From Bacteroidota bacterium (GTDB taxonomy: Bacteria > Bacteroidota > Bacteroidia > Flavobacteriales_D > Sanyastnellaceae): DNA of 64,000 bases. The notes under the pieces were generated by a model. That model did no database searches. It saw only the letters and a list, made by a program, of their open reading frames with translations, and was not told the origin of the DNA. The DNA lies in the NCBI GenBank assembly GCA_039798265.1, contig JBDKGH010000139.1:6558-70557 (forward strand), in the 5' to 3' direction. The position numbers and the translations under genes were made by a program. Below, one piece after another: positions 38,288 to 48,430 of the stretch (positions are counted from its first letter, which is position 1; every line of letters begins with the position of its first letter).

Positions 38288-38322
38288 AAAAAAAAACCAC
38301 ATGATATTCATGTGGTTTTTTG
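38288..38322. terminator. bidirectional rho-independent terminator between the OMP gene and recQ
   Basis: The run is A9, the aaccacatga/tcatgtggtt stem, then T6. Confidence 0.8.
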
Positions 38323-38338
38323 TGCTTTATGAAGCGAA

Positions 38339-40537
38339 TTAGTTAGCAACCTCACTCATGAACTTAATGCGCATAAGTCGAAGAGGTTCTTCTTCGTAAT
38401 CGCCATCGAAGTATTTTTCTGCTTCAGAGATTTCATCCGTTTCTGATTGCATGAAATACTCCATGATTTCTTCTTGAGCATCTTCATCAATTTCTTCGTT
38501 GATGAAATATTGAATATTGATGCGTGTGCCGCTGCTTACGATGGTTTCTAGTTCGTCCAAAAGTCCTTTTAAGTCTTTTCCTAATCCACGAGCGATATCG
38601 GGCAAAGGAATCTTCTTATCGATGTTTTGAATGATCTGAACTTTATGTCCGCTTTTAGAAAGAGCACTTTTCACCACAAAATCTTGCGGGCGATCAATTT
38701 CGTTTTCTTCACAATAATTTTTGATCAGGTCAATGAAGGCCTGTCCATATTTTACTGCCTTGCCTTTACCAACGCCTTGTATTTGCGACAGCTCATCCAT
38801 GGTAATGGGATATTGAGTTGCCATTTCTTCGAGCGAGGGGTCTTGGAATATAACGTATGGTGGAAGTTTCTTTTCCTTCGATACCTTCATGCGCAACTCG
38901 CGAAGCATCGAGAACAATTGTTCGTCAGCCGCACCACCACCGCTTTTCGGAGCGAGCAACTCACCATCGTCGTCGGTTTCGCCAATTTCTTCTTCTTTCA
39001 CGACCATAAAGCTTTCGGGCTTTTTCATAAAAGCTTTACCAGCGTCGGTGAGTTTCAGAGTGCCATAAGTTTCTACTTCTTTTCGCAGAAGTCCACGAAC
39101 CACCATTTGGCGAATGATGGCATTCCAGAATTTTTCATCGTGATCTTTGCCTTCAGCAAAAAGATCGTTTTTATGCCCCTTATAAGTGGTCACTTCGGAG
39201 TTGGCTACACCGCATATCACATTGCAAATGAATTTGGCTTTGTGCATTTCTTTGAAAGAAGCGACACAGTCCAAGATTAACTTCACTTGCTCAGAACCTT
39301 CAAATGTTTCTTTCGGGTTGCGAGAGTTATCGTCCATGCCCGCGCCTTCACCGTTTACCTCGTCCCATTCTTCACCGAAATAATGGAGAATGTACTTTCT
39401 TCGGCTAATCGAGGTTTCGGCATAGGCAATCACCTCTTGCAGCAATTGCATACCCACTTCTTGTTCGGCTACTGGTTTTCCTTGAAGGAATTTCTCCAGC
39501 TTTTCGATGTCCTTGGGCGAATAAAAGGCGACACACACACCTTCACCACCATCGCGTCCCGCGCGTCCGGTCTCTTGATAATAACTTTCTAAGCTTTTGG
39601 GTATATCATGGTGAATCACAAAACGAACGTCTGGTTTATCGATGCCCATACCAAAAGCGATAGTGGCCACGATGACGTCAACATCTTGCATCAAAAATTT
39701 ATCTTGAACAGAACTACGCTGGTGGCTATCCATACCAGCGTGGTAGGAGAGAGCCTTAATACCGTTGGCAACTAGGAGAGCGGCAAGTTCTTCCGTTTTC
39801 TTTCGGCTGAGGCAATAAATGATTCCGCTTTTTCCCGTATTTCCTTTAATAAACTGGATGATTTGTTTTCCAACGTTGTTCTTCGGGCGAATCTCGTAGT
39901 ATAAGTTCGGACGGTTAAATGAAGCCTTGAACACTTTAGAATTCATCATCCCAAGGTTCTTTTGAATATCCTGCTGCACTTTAGGAGTGGCAGTAGCCGT
40001 AAGCGCCATAATGGGTACATCGGCTATTTGTTGGATGATGGGCTTTAACCGACGATACTCAGGTCGGAAGTCGTGACCCCATTCAGAGATACAGTGAGCT
40101 TCGTCGATGGCAACGAAAGAGATTTTTACGCTGCGCAAAAATTCTACGTTTTCATCTTTATTGAGGGATTCAGGAGCAACGTAGAGCAATTTGGTTTTGC
40201 CCGATTGAATGTCACTTTTAACCTGATTGATTTCCGTTTTATTCAGAGAGGAGTTGATGAAGTGAGCGATACCGTCTTCTGAGGAGAAGCCGCGCATGGC
40301 ATCTACTTGGTTTTTCATCAAGGCAATAAGAGGGGAAACGACGATTGCCGTACCATCGAGCATTAATGCGGGTAATTGGTAGCACAATGACTTACCGCCG
40401 CCGGTAGGCATTATGACGAAGGTATCGTTTCCTTCTAAAACTGCTTGAATAACGCTTTCTTGAAGTCCTTTGAATTTATCGAATCCGAAAAAATGCTTCA
40501 GCGCTTCGCGGGGCGTTAAGTCAACTGCCGTTGTCAT
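38339..40537 (-). CDS. recQ: ATP-dependent DNA helicase RecQ
   Basis: FGFDKFKGLQE, PTGGGKSLCYQLP, DEAHCISEWGHDFRPEY, the RQC region and a C-terminal HRDC-like region are present. ATG at 40537, since the ORF-track start is a TTG. Confidence 0.95.
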   Translation of the reverse strand: MTTAVDLTPREALKHFFGFDKFKGLQESVIQAVLEGNDTFVIMPTGGGKSLCYQLPALMLDGTAIVVSPLIALMKNQVDAMRGFSSEDGIAHFINSSLNKTEINQVKSDIQSGKTKLLYVAPESLNKDENVEFLRSVKISFVAIDEAHCISEWGHDFRPEYRRLKPIIQQIADVPIMALTATATPKVQQDIQKNLGMMNSKVFKASFNRPNLYYEIRPKNNVGKQIIQFIKGNTGKSGIIYCLSRKKTEELAALLVANGIKALSYHAGMDSHQRSSVQDKFLMQDVDVIVATIAFGMGIDKPDVRFVIHHDIPKSLESYYQETGRAGRDGGEGVCVAFYSPKDIEKLEKFLQGKPVAEQEVGMQLLQEVIAYAETSISRRKYILHYFGEEWDEVNGEGAGMDDNSRNPKETFEGSEQVKLILDCVASFKEMHKAKFICNVICGVANSEVTTYKGHKNDLFAEGKDHDEKFWNAIIRQMVVRGLLRKEVETYGTLKLTDAGKAFMKKPESFMVVKEEEIGETDDDGELLAPKSGGGAADEQLFSMLRELRMKVSKEKKLPPYVIFQDPSLEEMATQYPITMDELSQIQGVGKGKAVKYGQAFIDLIKNYCEENEIDRPQDFVVKSALSKSGHKVQIIQNIDKKIPLPDIARGLGKDLKGLLDELETIVSSGTRINIQYFINEEIDEDAQEEIMEYFMQSETDEISEAEKYFDGDYEEEPLRLMRIKFMSEVAN

Positions 40538-40748
40538 GTTGTTTGCATATTGGTTAGAACGAACGTTTAAATATAACAAAAAACGAATACCGTGCTTTGT
40601 TCAAAAGAGAGGTGCTTCGAAAAACGTCCGCTTTTTTTAAAGGGACGCGAATATACTAAATTTCTGTGCACGTTTGACGGGGAAATGGGAGGCTTTAATA
40701 ATCAAAACGGGATTCCTAATTCATTCCATCACCAGAAGTAGCTTATAC

Positions 40749-40756
40749 TATCTTTG
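40749..40756 (+). promoter_or_regulatory. candidate -7 promoter box (TATCTTTG) for kdsD-tatC
   Basis: This is an exact TAnnTTTG match 14 nt before the ATG at 40771. Confidence 0.35.
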
Positions 40757-40770
40757 CCGCCACTTTACAC

Positions 40771-41739
40771 ATGAGCAACTCTAACTCCGATATTTTACAA
40801 TCTGCCAGACGCACCATAGAAATGGAAGCTGAGGCGGTAAAGGGATTATTGCCTCACATCGATGAGCGCTTTGCTGACATTGTTCAGGTTATCCTTCATT
40901 CTCCCGGTCGTTTGGTGGTTACAGGGGTGGGCAAGAGTGCTAACATTGCCCAAAAGCTGGTAGCTACCTTTAATAGCACGGGGCAGCCTGCCGTATTTAT
41001 GCATGCGGCGGATGCAGCACACGGCGATTTGGGCAATGTGCAGAAGGGTGATGTGGTATTGTGTATTTCGAAAAGCGGAGATAGTCCTGAAATTAAGTTT
41101 CTCGTGCCTTTGGTAAAAAGCATGGGAAATGTCTTGATAGGAATGGCGGGTAACCTTCAAGGTTTTTTAGCCAAACACAGCAATTACGTGCTGCCAACCC
41201 CTGTAGAAAGAGAGGCTTGCCCGAATAATCTAGCTCCAACCACCAGCACTACAGCTCAATTGGCCATGGGCGATGCCCTAGCCGTAGCTTTGATGGAATG
41301 TCGCGGTTTTTCAGCGGGCGACTTTGCCCGTTATCATCCGGGCGGTGCTTTGGGTAAAAAACTGTATGTGCGCATGATTGACTTGGTTAATCCTGACGCA
41401 AAACCGATGGTAGCGCCACAAACGCCGGTAAAAGATGTGCTTCTAGAGATTTCATCGAAGCGTTTAGGGGCAACAGTAGTGGTACACAAGGACGAAATAG
41501 TAGGTATCATAACCGACGGTGATATTCGCCGAATGCTAGAGCGCGGGGGCGATATTCAAGCCCTGATGGCTGCAGACATTATGGGGCATTCGCCCATGAC
41601 TATCGATGGCGATTCCCTAGCTGTTGAGGGTTTTCATGTGATGGAAAGCCGCTCGATAACCCAATTAATTGTAACAGAGAACGGCAAATATGCTGGTGTT
41701 GTTCATTTGCACGACATTTTGAAAGAAGGAATATTCTAA
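40771..41739 (+). CDS. kdsD: arabinose-5-phosphate isomerase (KpsF/GutQ/KdsD family; SIS + tandem CBS)
   Basis: It has the SIS motif VVTGVGKSANIAQK and ISKSGDSPE, followed by two CBS repeats. Confidence 0.9.
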   Translation: MSNSNSDILQSARRTIEMEAEAVKGLLPHIDERFADIVQVILHSPGRLVVTGVGKSANIAQKLVATFNSTGQPAVFMHAADAAHGDLGNVQKGDVVLCISKSGDSPEIKFLVPLVKSMGNVLIGMAGNLQGFLAKHSNYVLPTPVEREACPNNLAPTTSTTAQLAMGDALAVALMECRGFSAGDFARYHPGGALGKKLYVRMIDLVNPDAKPMVAPQTPVKDVLLEISSKRLGATVVVHKDEIVGIITDGDIRRMLERGGDIQALMAADIMGHSPMTIDGDSLAVEGFHVMESRSITQLIVTENGKYAGVVHLHDILKEGIF

Positions 41740-41743
41740 ACTC

Positions 41744-42553
41744 ATGGCAGAAGAAGCAAAGGAGATGTCGTTTATAGAGCATTTGGAAGAGTTGAGATCT
41801 CGACTCGTTCGCTCTGTAATTGCCGTTATAGTCGGTGTTTGCATTATTGTAGCCTTCGATGATGTGGTGATTGACCAAATTATCATGGGGCCGCGCCATC
41901 TCGATTTTCCTACGTATCAGTTTTTCTGCAACATGGGCCGAAGCATGGGCCTAGGGGAGCAGCTTTGCTTCACTGAAATGAATTTTACCTTGCAGAGTAC
42001 CACCATGGGAGGTAACTTCTCTGCTTATATAATGGTTTGTCTAGTGGGAGGAATAGTGTTGGCCTTTCCTTACATCATCTACCAGTTATGGTCTTTTATA
42101 AAACCAGGCCTCAATCGAAAAGAATCAAGCGGTGTGAGCGGTATAGTGATGTGGGTGTCTCTTTTGTTTTTTACCGGGGTATTATTCGGGTATTACGTGT
42201 TGGCCCCATTGTCTATTCAGTTTTTGGGCAATTTTCAGTTTGCTGATGTGGCCGTGTCTTCTACCGTACTTTCTTACCTCAAACTCACCACTTCATTGGT
42301 ATTGGGCACGGGGTTGATGTTTCAGTTGCCAGTTCTGATGTACTTCTTGGCAAAAATCGGCTTGGTCACCTCTGCATTTTTGAAGAAATACCGCCGTCAC
42401 GCCTTTGTTGTGAACTTGATTGTGGCAGCAATTATTACCCCACCGGATGTAACTAGTCAAATTTTGGTGTCATTGCCCATTTTACTCCTTTACGAGGCGA
42501 GTATTTTCATTACCGCTCGTGTGGAAAAAAATAAGTTAAAAGCTGAGAACTAG
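41744..42553 (+). CDS. tatC: twin-arginine translocase subunit TatC
   Basis: MSFIEHLEELRSRL is a typical TatC N-terminus, and six TM helices follow. Confidence 0.9.
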   Translation: MAEEAKEMSFIEHLEELRSRLVRSVIAVIVGVCIIVAFDDVVIDQIIMGPRHLDFPTYQFFCNMGRSMGLGEQLCFTEMNFTLQSTTMGGNFSAYIMVCLVGGIVLAFPYIIYQLWSFIKPGLNRKESSGVSGIVMWVSLLFFTGVLFGYYVLAPLSIQFLGNFQFADVAVSSTVLSYLKLTTSLVLGTGLMFQLPVLMYFLAKIGLVTSAFLKKYRRHAFVVNLIVAAIITPPDVTSQILVSLPILLLYEASIFITARVEKNKLKAEN

Positions 42554-42627
42554 TAGGGCTTTTGGGTGTTTTGGTGTATTAGAATCGTCAATTTGGTCTA
42601 AAATGTAGAAAAAGGTTAAGCCTTTTT

Positions 42628-42635
42628 TATATTTG
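42628..42635 (+). promoter_or_regulatory. candidate -7 promoter box (TATATTTG) for the first T9SS cargo gene
   Basis: This is an exact TAnnTTTG match 37 nt before the ATG at 42673. Confidence 0.4.
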
Positions 42636-42672
42636 GCGGCCAATTAACCTGTTTAATCACCAAATTCAAAAA

Positions 42673-44577
42673 ATGAAGAAAATCTACTTATTAGCTCTCG
42701 CTACCGCTTTTGCTTCTACAGCGTTTTCTCAGTGGAAAGTGCAACAGAGCCCAGCTCGTCGCAACTTCTCGAAGAGTGAAGTTTTCTCTCTTACTGCGAA
42801 ACGTCAAACCCTTACTCCTTACGCTCCATCAAACCGCGTAGAGTTGTTGAATGAAAACTTTGAAGGTGTATCTGGTACTTTGCCAGGAGCTCTTCCTTCA
42901 GGTTGGTCAACTAACGTTATTACTGATGCCGATGGTGCAGATGTAAACGCTTTCTTTACACATGACGCTACAACTGCTAACGCAGGTGGTTACTGGCCAG
43001 TAGCTGAAACCGGCAACAACAACCAATTTGCTGGTGCCAATGACGATGCGCCACCTTGTGACTGCGACATGGTAGATATCTACTTGCAGACTCCAGCGAT
43101 GGACTTCACTACAGCTACTAACGTGGCTATCACTTTTGACATTTTCCATGACCGTGGTTTCGGTGGTGGAGATGCTACACTTCAAGTATCAACTGACGGT
43201 GGTACTACTTTCAGCATTGTAACTTTAGGTTTGGATGCTGATGGCGTTGCTATTGAAACTCTTCCAGTGGATCAAGATTACTGGCAAACCATCATCGTAC
43301 CAGTTTACGATTTGACTGGTCAAGCTTCTGTAATCTTCCGTTTCCAATGGTCTGATGCTACTTCATGGGCTTCTGGTTTTGCAGTTGACAACGTGATCGT
43401 TGGTGAATTGCCAAACTTCGATTTGAAAGCTGATAAAGTGAAATTCGGTAACTGGAACTACGATACCTTCGGTGCTGGTGTATGGGATTACACTCAAATT
43501 CCAGTAACTCAGGCTAGCCCAGTTTACGCATCTGTAGTGGCTTCTAACAATGGTTTCAACGATCAAGCTGATGTAAGTGCTTCTTTCGATGTTACTTTCA
43601 ATGGCACCCCAGTATCAGGATCTCCATTCGCTGGCGGTCAAGTTTCTGCTTTGTTGCCAAGCCTAGAGAAAGATACCATTTCAGTTCTTTCTTCATTCGT
43701 TCCAGATGCGATTGGTACAGTGGGTGTTTCTGTTAGCTTGTCATCTACTTCAGGTGATGATGTTGCTGCAAACAACATAGCTACCAACAGCTTAGAAATG
43801 ACAGAATTTACCTATGCTCGCGATGCGGGTGCTGCTCAGGCCTTCACTGATCCAGGTGTTAGCTACGAGTACGGTAACTTGTTCGATATCTACAACAACC
43901 AATTCTTCGGTGGTATTGACTACGCAGTAGGCGCGGGTTCAACAGCTGGCGAAATTGTTGTTGGACGTGTTTATGAGTTCCAAGGATTAGATGCTACTGG
44001 TTTACCAGTATTGACTGATCCAGTAGCAGAAACCATCGAATACGAAGTATTGGATGCTGATTTCAACTCTGTAGGAGAAGGCAACTTCATTTTCTTGCCA
44101 TTCGCTTCAGGTAGCGGTACAGCTGCAGCTGAATTGGAAGCTGGAAAAACTTACCTTGCAACTATCGCTACTAGCGGTGTTCGTACTCCAGTATCTGGTA
44201 GCAACGAGTGGGTTTCTTCATGGTTGTTTGACGATACAGGTTGGGGTGCTACTTTGTCTATCCCAATGGTTCGTTTGAATGCTAATGCTTCTTTGGCTGT
44301 TGACAACATCAACGCTGTTGTAGCTAACGTAGGCAACTTGTATCCAAACCCATCAAACGGTGAGTCAGTAATGACTTATACGTTGAAAACAGACGCTAAA
44401 GTATCTGTGATCGTTCGTGATATGGCTGGTCGTGTAGTTTCTACTCAAAATGAGGGAAGCCGCACTGCTGGTACTTACTCAGTTCGTTACAATACAGAAG
44501 CTTTGAGCGCTGGTGTTTACAGTTTCACATTGGTAACTGGTGACCACCAAGTAACTCAACAATTGGTAGTACGTTAA
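42673..44577 (+). CDS. T9SS-secreted protein (choice-of-anchor-J/MAM-like N-terminal domain + Por_Secre_tail C-terminal sorting domain)
   Basis: It has the signal peptide MKKIYLLALATAFASTAFSQ, the NENFEG...LPSGW motif, and a C-terminal YPNPSNGES...GVYSFTLVTG...QLVVR sorting domain. Confidence 0.8.
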   Translation: MKKIYLLALATAFASTAFSQWKVQQSPARRNFSKSEVFSLTAKRQTLTPYAPSNRVELLNENFEGVSGTLPGALPSGWSTNVITDADGADVNAFFTHDATTANAGGYWPVAETGNNNQFAGANDDAPPCDCDMVDIYLQTPAMDFTTATNVAITFDIFHDRGFGGGDATLQVSTDGGTTFSIVTLGLDADGVAIETLPVDQDYWQTIIVPVYDLTGQASVIFRFQWSDATSWASGFAVDNVIVGELPNFDLKADKVKFGNWNYDTFGAGVWDYTQIPVTQASPVYASVVASNNGFNDQADVSASFDVTFNGTPVSGSPFAGGQVSALLPSLEKDTISVLSSFVPDAIGTVGVSVSLSSTSGDDVAANNIATNSLEMTEFTYARDAGAAQAFTDPGVSYEYGNLFDIYNNQFFGGIDYAVGAGSTAGEIVVGRVYEFQGLDATGLPVLTDPVAETIEYEVLDADFNSVGEGNFIFLPFASGSGTAAAELEAGKTYLATIATSGVRTPVSGSNEWVSSWLFDDTGWGATLSIPMVRLNANASLAVDNINAVVANVGNLYPNPSNGESVMTYTLKTDAKVSVIVRDMAGRVVSTQNEGSRTAGTYSVRYNTEALSAGVYSFTLVTGDHQVTQQLVVR

Positions 44578-44597
44578 TCGTTACTTCTCGATATAGA

Positions 44598-44631
44598 AAG
44601 CCCCGTCCGAAACCGGACGGGGCTTTTTTTT
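44598..44631 (+). terminator. rho-independent terminator
   Basis: gccccgtccg / cggacggggc forms a 10-bp GC stem followed by T8. Confidence 0.9.
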
Positions 44632-44754
44632 GAAAAATAGCCTTAGGAATGCAGGAATTCAGAATGTACGGTGGAAATCTTGATCATTTTTTGGTAGGGA
44701 GAATCAAGGAAATACAGTACTTTAGGCACGGATAAATCAAAAAACGATTAAAGG

Positions 44755-46728
44755 ATGAAAAAGATTTCTATTCTCTTTTCAGCACTTGCCCTTGTATTCA
44801 CGGCTAACGCGCAGCGTATTGCCAATGTTACAGGCGATGTAGCTAAAACGCCAGTAATGGCTTCTAGCGCAGAGTTGAACAACTCTCGCACCATGACAGA
44901 GCGTCAAAACTCAGGTAACCGCGGTGGTGGTACTATTCTTTTCACTGAAGACTTCGCTAACGGTCTTGCAGGTAACAACGGTGGTGTTGGTGCTTGGACA
45001 ATCGAAGATTCAGGTGCTACTCCAATCTGGATGGTGGCTAACGCTAACAGCCCAGGTGGTGAGTTCTCTACAAACATCGCAGCCCTTGCTTCTACTACAG
45101 CAGCTAACGGTTGGATGATTTTTGACTGTGACCTTTACAACACACCAATTTCTGACGGTGTTGAAGACGTTACAGGTTCTTTGACTTCTCCAGTGATGGA
45201 TTTCACTGGTGTTAACTCAGTAATCGTTGAGTGGGAACAATACTTCCGCTACTGCTGCTTCTCTGCATCTCCTTTGACTTTGGAGGTTTCTACAGATGGC
45301 GGTGCTAACTGGACTGTATTCCCAGGTCATGGTAACTTCATTCAGTCTGCCAACACATTGTCGGCTAACCCACAAGTTACTCGTGTAGATATTTCTTGTG
45401 CTGCTGCTAACCAAGCGAACGTTCAAATTCGTTTCGGTTACAACACAGCTAACGAAGCTGGTTATAGCCACTACTTCTGGGGTATTGATGATATCACTAT
45501 CTCACAAAACAACGTTGTTAACGATCTAGAAGTATTACAAGTAACTAACGGTGATGTATTCAACGTTTGGGAATACCGCATCACTCCGCTAGAGCAACGC
45601 ACTTTGGCTGCTGATGGTGGTCTTTTGGCTGGCGTTATGTACCGTAACAACGGTAACAGCGACCAAACTAACACTACAATCACAGTTGAGATATTGGACG
45701 CTGCACAAAACGTGCTTTCTACTACTGTTACTGATCCTTTCTTGATGGAATCTTTCGGTAACACTCCAGAGTGTCCTTCTTACTTGGCCGATACTCTTTA
45801 TATCGAGACTGGTTGGGAACCAACAGCGCTTGGTAACTACTTCGTTCGTGCTACTATCAGCAGCGATGCTGTAGATGAGGCTGATGTAAACAACTTACAA
45901 GCTCGTGAAATCGTTTACTCTGAATATGAGTACGGTCATGATAACGAAGCTGACCTCGGTTTGGAAATTGGTCCACGTGATAGTGACGACTCTCCAGGTG
46001 AATTCGATCCAACAGGTTACGGTAACTTCTTTACCTTCCCAAATAACGGTTCTACCGCTTATGGTTTGTCTTGTGTTTTCGGTCCAACTTGTGACGAAAG
46101 CGTAAACTTCAATGCTGTATTGTTCCAAACTAACGGTGACCTTAACGGTGCTGGCGAAGTAATCGCTTCTGGTGAATACTTCACTACTGCTGGTCAATTG
46201 AACAGCGCTTATCAGTACTATCCTTTCGATGCTTCAGTTTCTGTTGCTAACGATCAAGCTTACTTCTGTGCTATCCAAAACGAAAACACAGATGCATTGC
46301 AATTGACTATCGCTGCTCAAGCTGATAGCGATAGCGACAATTCTACTGGTGTTTACGAACTTTCAGGTGGTGGAGACTTCGTTTGGTTCTCTAGCCAAAA
46401 CTGGACTCCAGCTGTGCGTTTGATCATCGCTGAATTGGTTACTGTTGACGAAATCAACTCTGATAACCTTTCTTTCTTCCAAATCAATCCTAACCCAGTA
46501 AACAACGTTGGTCGCGTTAACTTCTCTTTGAAGTCTGATGCTTCTGTTGTTTATGAAGTTCGTGATATGAACGGTCGTTTGGTTCAGTGGAACCGTTTGG
46601 GCTCTTTCCAAGCGGGTCAAAACACTTTCCAATTTGACGCTTCTAACATGGCTGCTGGTAACTACACTTTGTCACTCGTTATTGACGGGGCAAACATGTT
46701 CACTAAGCACATGAACGTTATCAAATAA
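44755..46728 (+). CDS. T9SS-secreted protein, paralog of the preceding gene
   Basis: It has a signal peptide and FTEDFANGL...AWT. The motif EVSTDGGANW parallels QVSTDGGTTF in the neighbouring gene. The C-terminal NPNPVNN...GNYTLSLVIDG...MNVIK is a sorting domain. Confidence 0.8.
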   Translation: MKKISILFSALALVFTANAQRIANVTGDVAKTPVMASSAELNNSRTMTERQNSGNRGGGTILFTEDFANGLAGNNGGVGAWTIEDSGATPIWMVANANSPGGEFSTNIAALASTTAANGWMIFDCDLYNTPISDGVEDVTGSLTSPVMDFTGVNSVIVEWEQYFRYCCFSASPLTLEVSTDGGANWTVFPGHGNFIQSANTLSANPQVTRVDISCAAANQANVQIRFGYNTANEAGYSHYFWGIDDITISQNNVVNDLEVLQVTNGDVFNVWEYRITPLEQRTLAADGGLLAGVMYRNNGNSDQTNTTITVEILDAAQNVLSTTVTDPFLMESFGNTPECPSYLADTLYIETGWEPTALGNYFVRATISSDAVDEADVNNLQAREIVYSEYEYGHDNEADLGLEIGPRDSDDSPGEFDPTGYGNFFTFPNNGSTAYGLSCVFGPTCDESVNFNAVLFQTNGDLNGAGEVIASGEYFTTAGQLNSAYQYYPFDASVSVANDQAYFCAIQNENTDALQLTIAAQADSDSDNSTGVYELSGGGDFVWFSSQNWTPAVRLIIAELVTVDEINSDNLSFFQINPNPVNNVGRVNFSLKSDASVVYEVRDMNGRLVQWNRLGSFQAGQNTFQFDASNMAAGNYTLSLVIDGANMFTKHMNVIK

Positions 46729-46753
46729 GGAATCTCATCCGATCTTTATACCA

Positions 46754-46792
46754 AGAGCCCTTCTTCTTCTGGAAGAAGGGCTCTTTCTTTTG
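46754..46792 (+). terminator. rho-independent terminator
   Basis: agagcccttcttc / gaagaagggctct forms a 13-bp stem followed by a T-rich tract. Confidence 0.8.
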
Positions 46793-46840
46793 TTGTGATT
46801 TTGGATGATACTTGTTATTTATTCTTTGTAGAGCTTCTTG

Positions 46841-46848
46841 TACTTTTG
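46841..46848 (+). promoter_or_regulatory. candidate -7 promoter box (TACTTTTG) for ribF
   Basis: This is an exact TAnnTTTG match. It lies inside the ORF-track extension, which argues for the downstream TTG start at 46866. Confidence 0.35.
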
Positions 46849-46865
46849 ATAAAAATTTTCTCCTC

Positions 46866-47792
46866 TTGCGAATTCATACCGATTTTTCAGGACTCAGTCA
46901 AGTAACGAATGCTATCGTTACTATTGGTACATTCGATGGTGTGCACGGTGGTCACCGATCAATCATCAATCGGCTAAAAGAAATTGCTCAAGAGCTCGGT
47001 GGTGAAACCGTATTGCTCACCTTTTATCCGCATCCACGCATGGTTTTACATCCGGATGATCATGGATTGCAATTGTTAAACACGCCAGAAGAAAAAGCCA
47101 CCTTGCTCAGAGAAGCGGGGATCCAACATTTGGTGGTCTATCCGTTTAGCACCGAGTTTTCGCGCATGTCCTCATTTGACTATGTGAGGGATCTTTTGGT
47201 AAATGGTATTCATGCAAAAAGAGTAGTGGTAGGCTATGATCACCGCTTTGGTAGAAATCGAGAAGGTGATTTTTCTACTCTAACCGAGTTGTCCGAATTG
47301 TTTGGTTTTGAAGTAGAAGAAATTCCTTCTCATCAAATCGACGAAATTCAAGTGAGTTCTACCAAAGTACGTCAGGCTATCATAGAAGGTAACGTATCCG
47401 TTGCAGAACGATTATTGGGTTATCGATACAAGCTAACAGGCTCCGTAGAACATGGCGATGCAAAAGGCCGGACCATTGGATTTCCGACAGCGAATATTCA
47501 CTGTAATTATCCCTATAAACTGATTCCAGGTAGAGGGGTGTATGCGGTGAACGTGCATTGGAATGGTGAAAAATATAAGGCTGTACTCAATATTGGTGTG
47601 CGCCCCACCGTTCATGAGACTAGTCCTTTGCATGTGGAGGCCCATCTTTTAGACTTTGATCAGCAGATTTATGGTGAAAACCTGACCGTGGAATTCGTTC
47701 AAAAATTGCGCGATGAACAGAAATTTGGCTCGATCTCTGAATTAAAAGAACAAATAGCTGCAGATATTGAACAGGCCAAATTGATATTATGA
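46866..47792 (+). CDS. ribF: bifunctional riboflavin kinase / FMN adenylyltransferase
   Basis: TIGTFDGVHGGH, GYDHRFG and GFPTANI are present, along with the C-terminal riboflavin kinase motifs. There is no in-frame ATG before the catalytic motif, so TTG at 46866 (MRIHTDF...) is proposed. Confidence 0.85.
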   Translation: MRIHTDFSGLSQVTNAIVTIGTFDGVHGGHRSIINRLKEIAQELGGETVLLTFYPHPRMVLHPDDHGLQLLNTPEEKATLLREAGIQHLVVYPFSTEFSRMSSFDYVRDLLVNGIHAKRVVVGYDHRFGRNREGDFSTLTELSELFGFEVEEIPSHQIDEIQVSSTKVRQAIIEGNVSVAERLLGYRYKLTGSVEHGDAKGRTIGFPTANIHCNYPYKLIPGRGVYAVNVHWNGEKYKAVLNIGVRPTVHETSPLHVEAHLLDFDQQIYGENLTVEFVQKLRDEQKFGSISELKEQIAADIEQAKLIL

Positions 47793-48400
47793 ATTGGAAG
47801 CAAACGTTGATCGTAGGAATTTTCGCTTTTCTTTTTTCTTATGAAGGAAAGGCGCAACTGCTGCCGTTCAACGCGCTCGATACACTGAAGATGTTCAAAA
47901 GCATGGAAGCGGCTCTGGCCAACCCAGATGAGGTCTATCGCCTTGACCTTTCCAAGCAAAAACTGACCGAAGTTCCTGCGGAAATTCAAAAATTCAAAAA
48001 CCTTCAGGAACTGCATTTAGATAAGAACAAAATTGAATTAGTGCCCGATTTCTTGGCACAGCTCAAATACCTGCAAATTTTCTCTGCGGGTCAAAATAAG
48101 ATCGATTCGATCACGCCTGCCTTTTGGACCTTACGAAACCTCCGCCGCCTCGATTTTTCAGATAATTTTCTGACCGAAATTCCAGAGAGTATCGAAAATC
48201 TCCAAGAACTGCGTCTGCTTATTTTGTGGGACAACCCCATTAACTCTTACCCCAATGAATTGGGAGAACTGAACAAATTAGAACATCTCGACTTGCTCAA
48301 CAATATCATGAGCTACGATACGCAGGAACGTTTGATCTCTTTGTTGCCCAAGTGTAATATTATTATGTCCACTCCCTGTAGATGTGAGGACGGGCAGTAA
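47789..48400 (+). CDS. secreted leucine-rich repeat protein
   Basis: It has a signal peptide and about 6 LxxLxLxxNxL repeats (LQELHLDKNKIELVP and similar). Its start overlaps the ribF stop (ATGA). Confidence 0.8.
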   Translation: MNWKQTLIVGIFAFLFSYEGKAQLLPFNALDTLKMFKSMEAALANPDEVYRLDLSKQKLTEVPAEIQKFKNLQELHLDKNKIELVPDFLAQLKYLQIFSAGQNKIDSITPAFWTLRNLRRLDFSDNFLTEIPESIENLQELRLLILWDNPINSYPNELGELNKLEHLDLLNNIMSYDTQERLISLLPKCNIIMSTPCRCEDGQ

Positions 48401-48430
48401 AAGCAGCGTCTAATTTGCTAAATTAGGCGC

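Noticed and set aside
38627-39280. Long antisense ORFs inside well-supported genes. They are 217 aa in recQ, 155 aa at 55495-55962 in the ABC permease, 199 aa at 61653-62252 in the Wzz-like gene, 144 aa at 676-1110, 128 aa at 14159-14545 and 124 aa at 18609-18983.
   Set aside because: Each lies opposite a gene with strong family motifs. The translations are low-complexity or hydrophobic nonsense typical of reverse-frame shadows.
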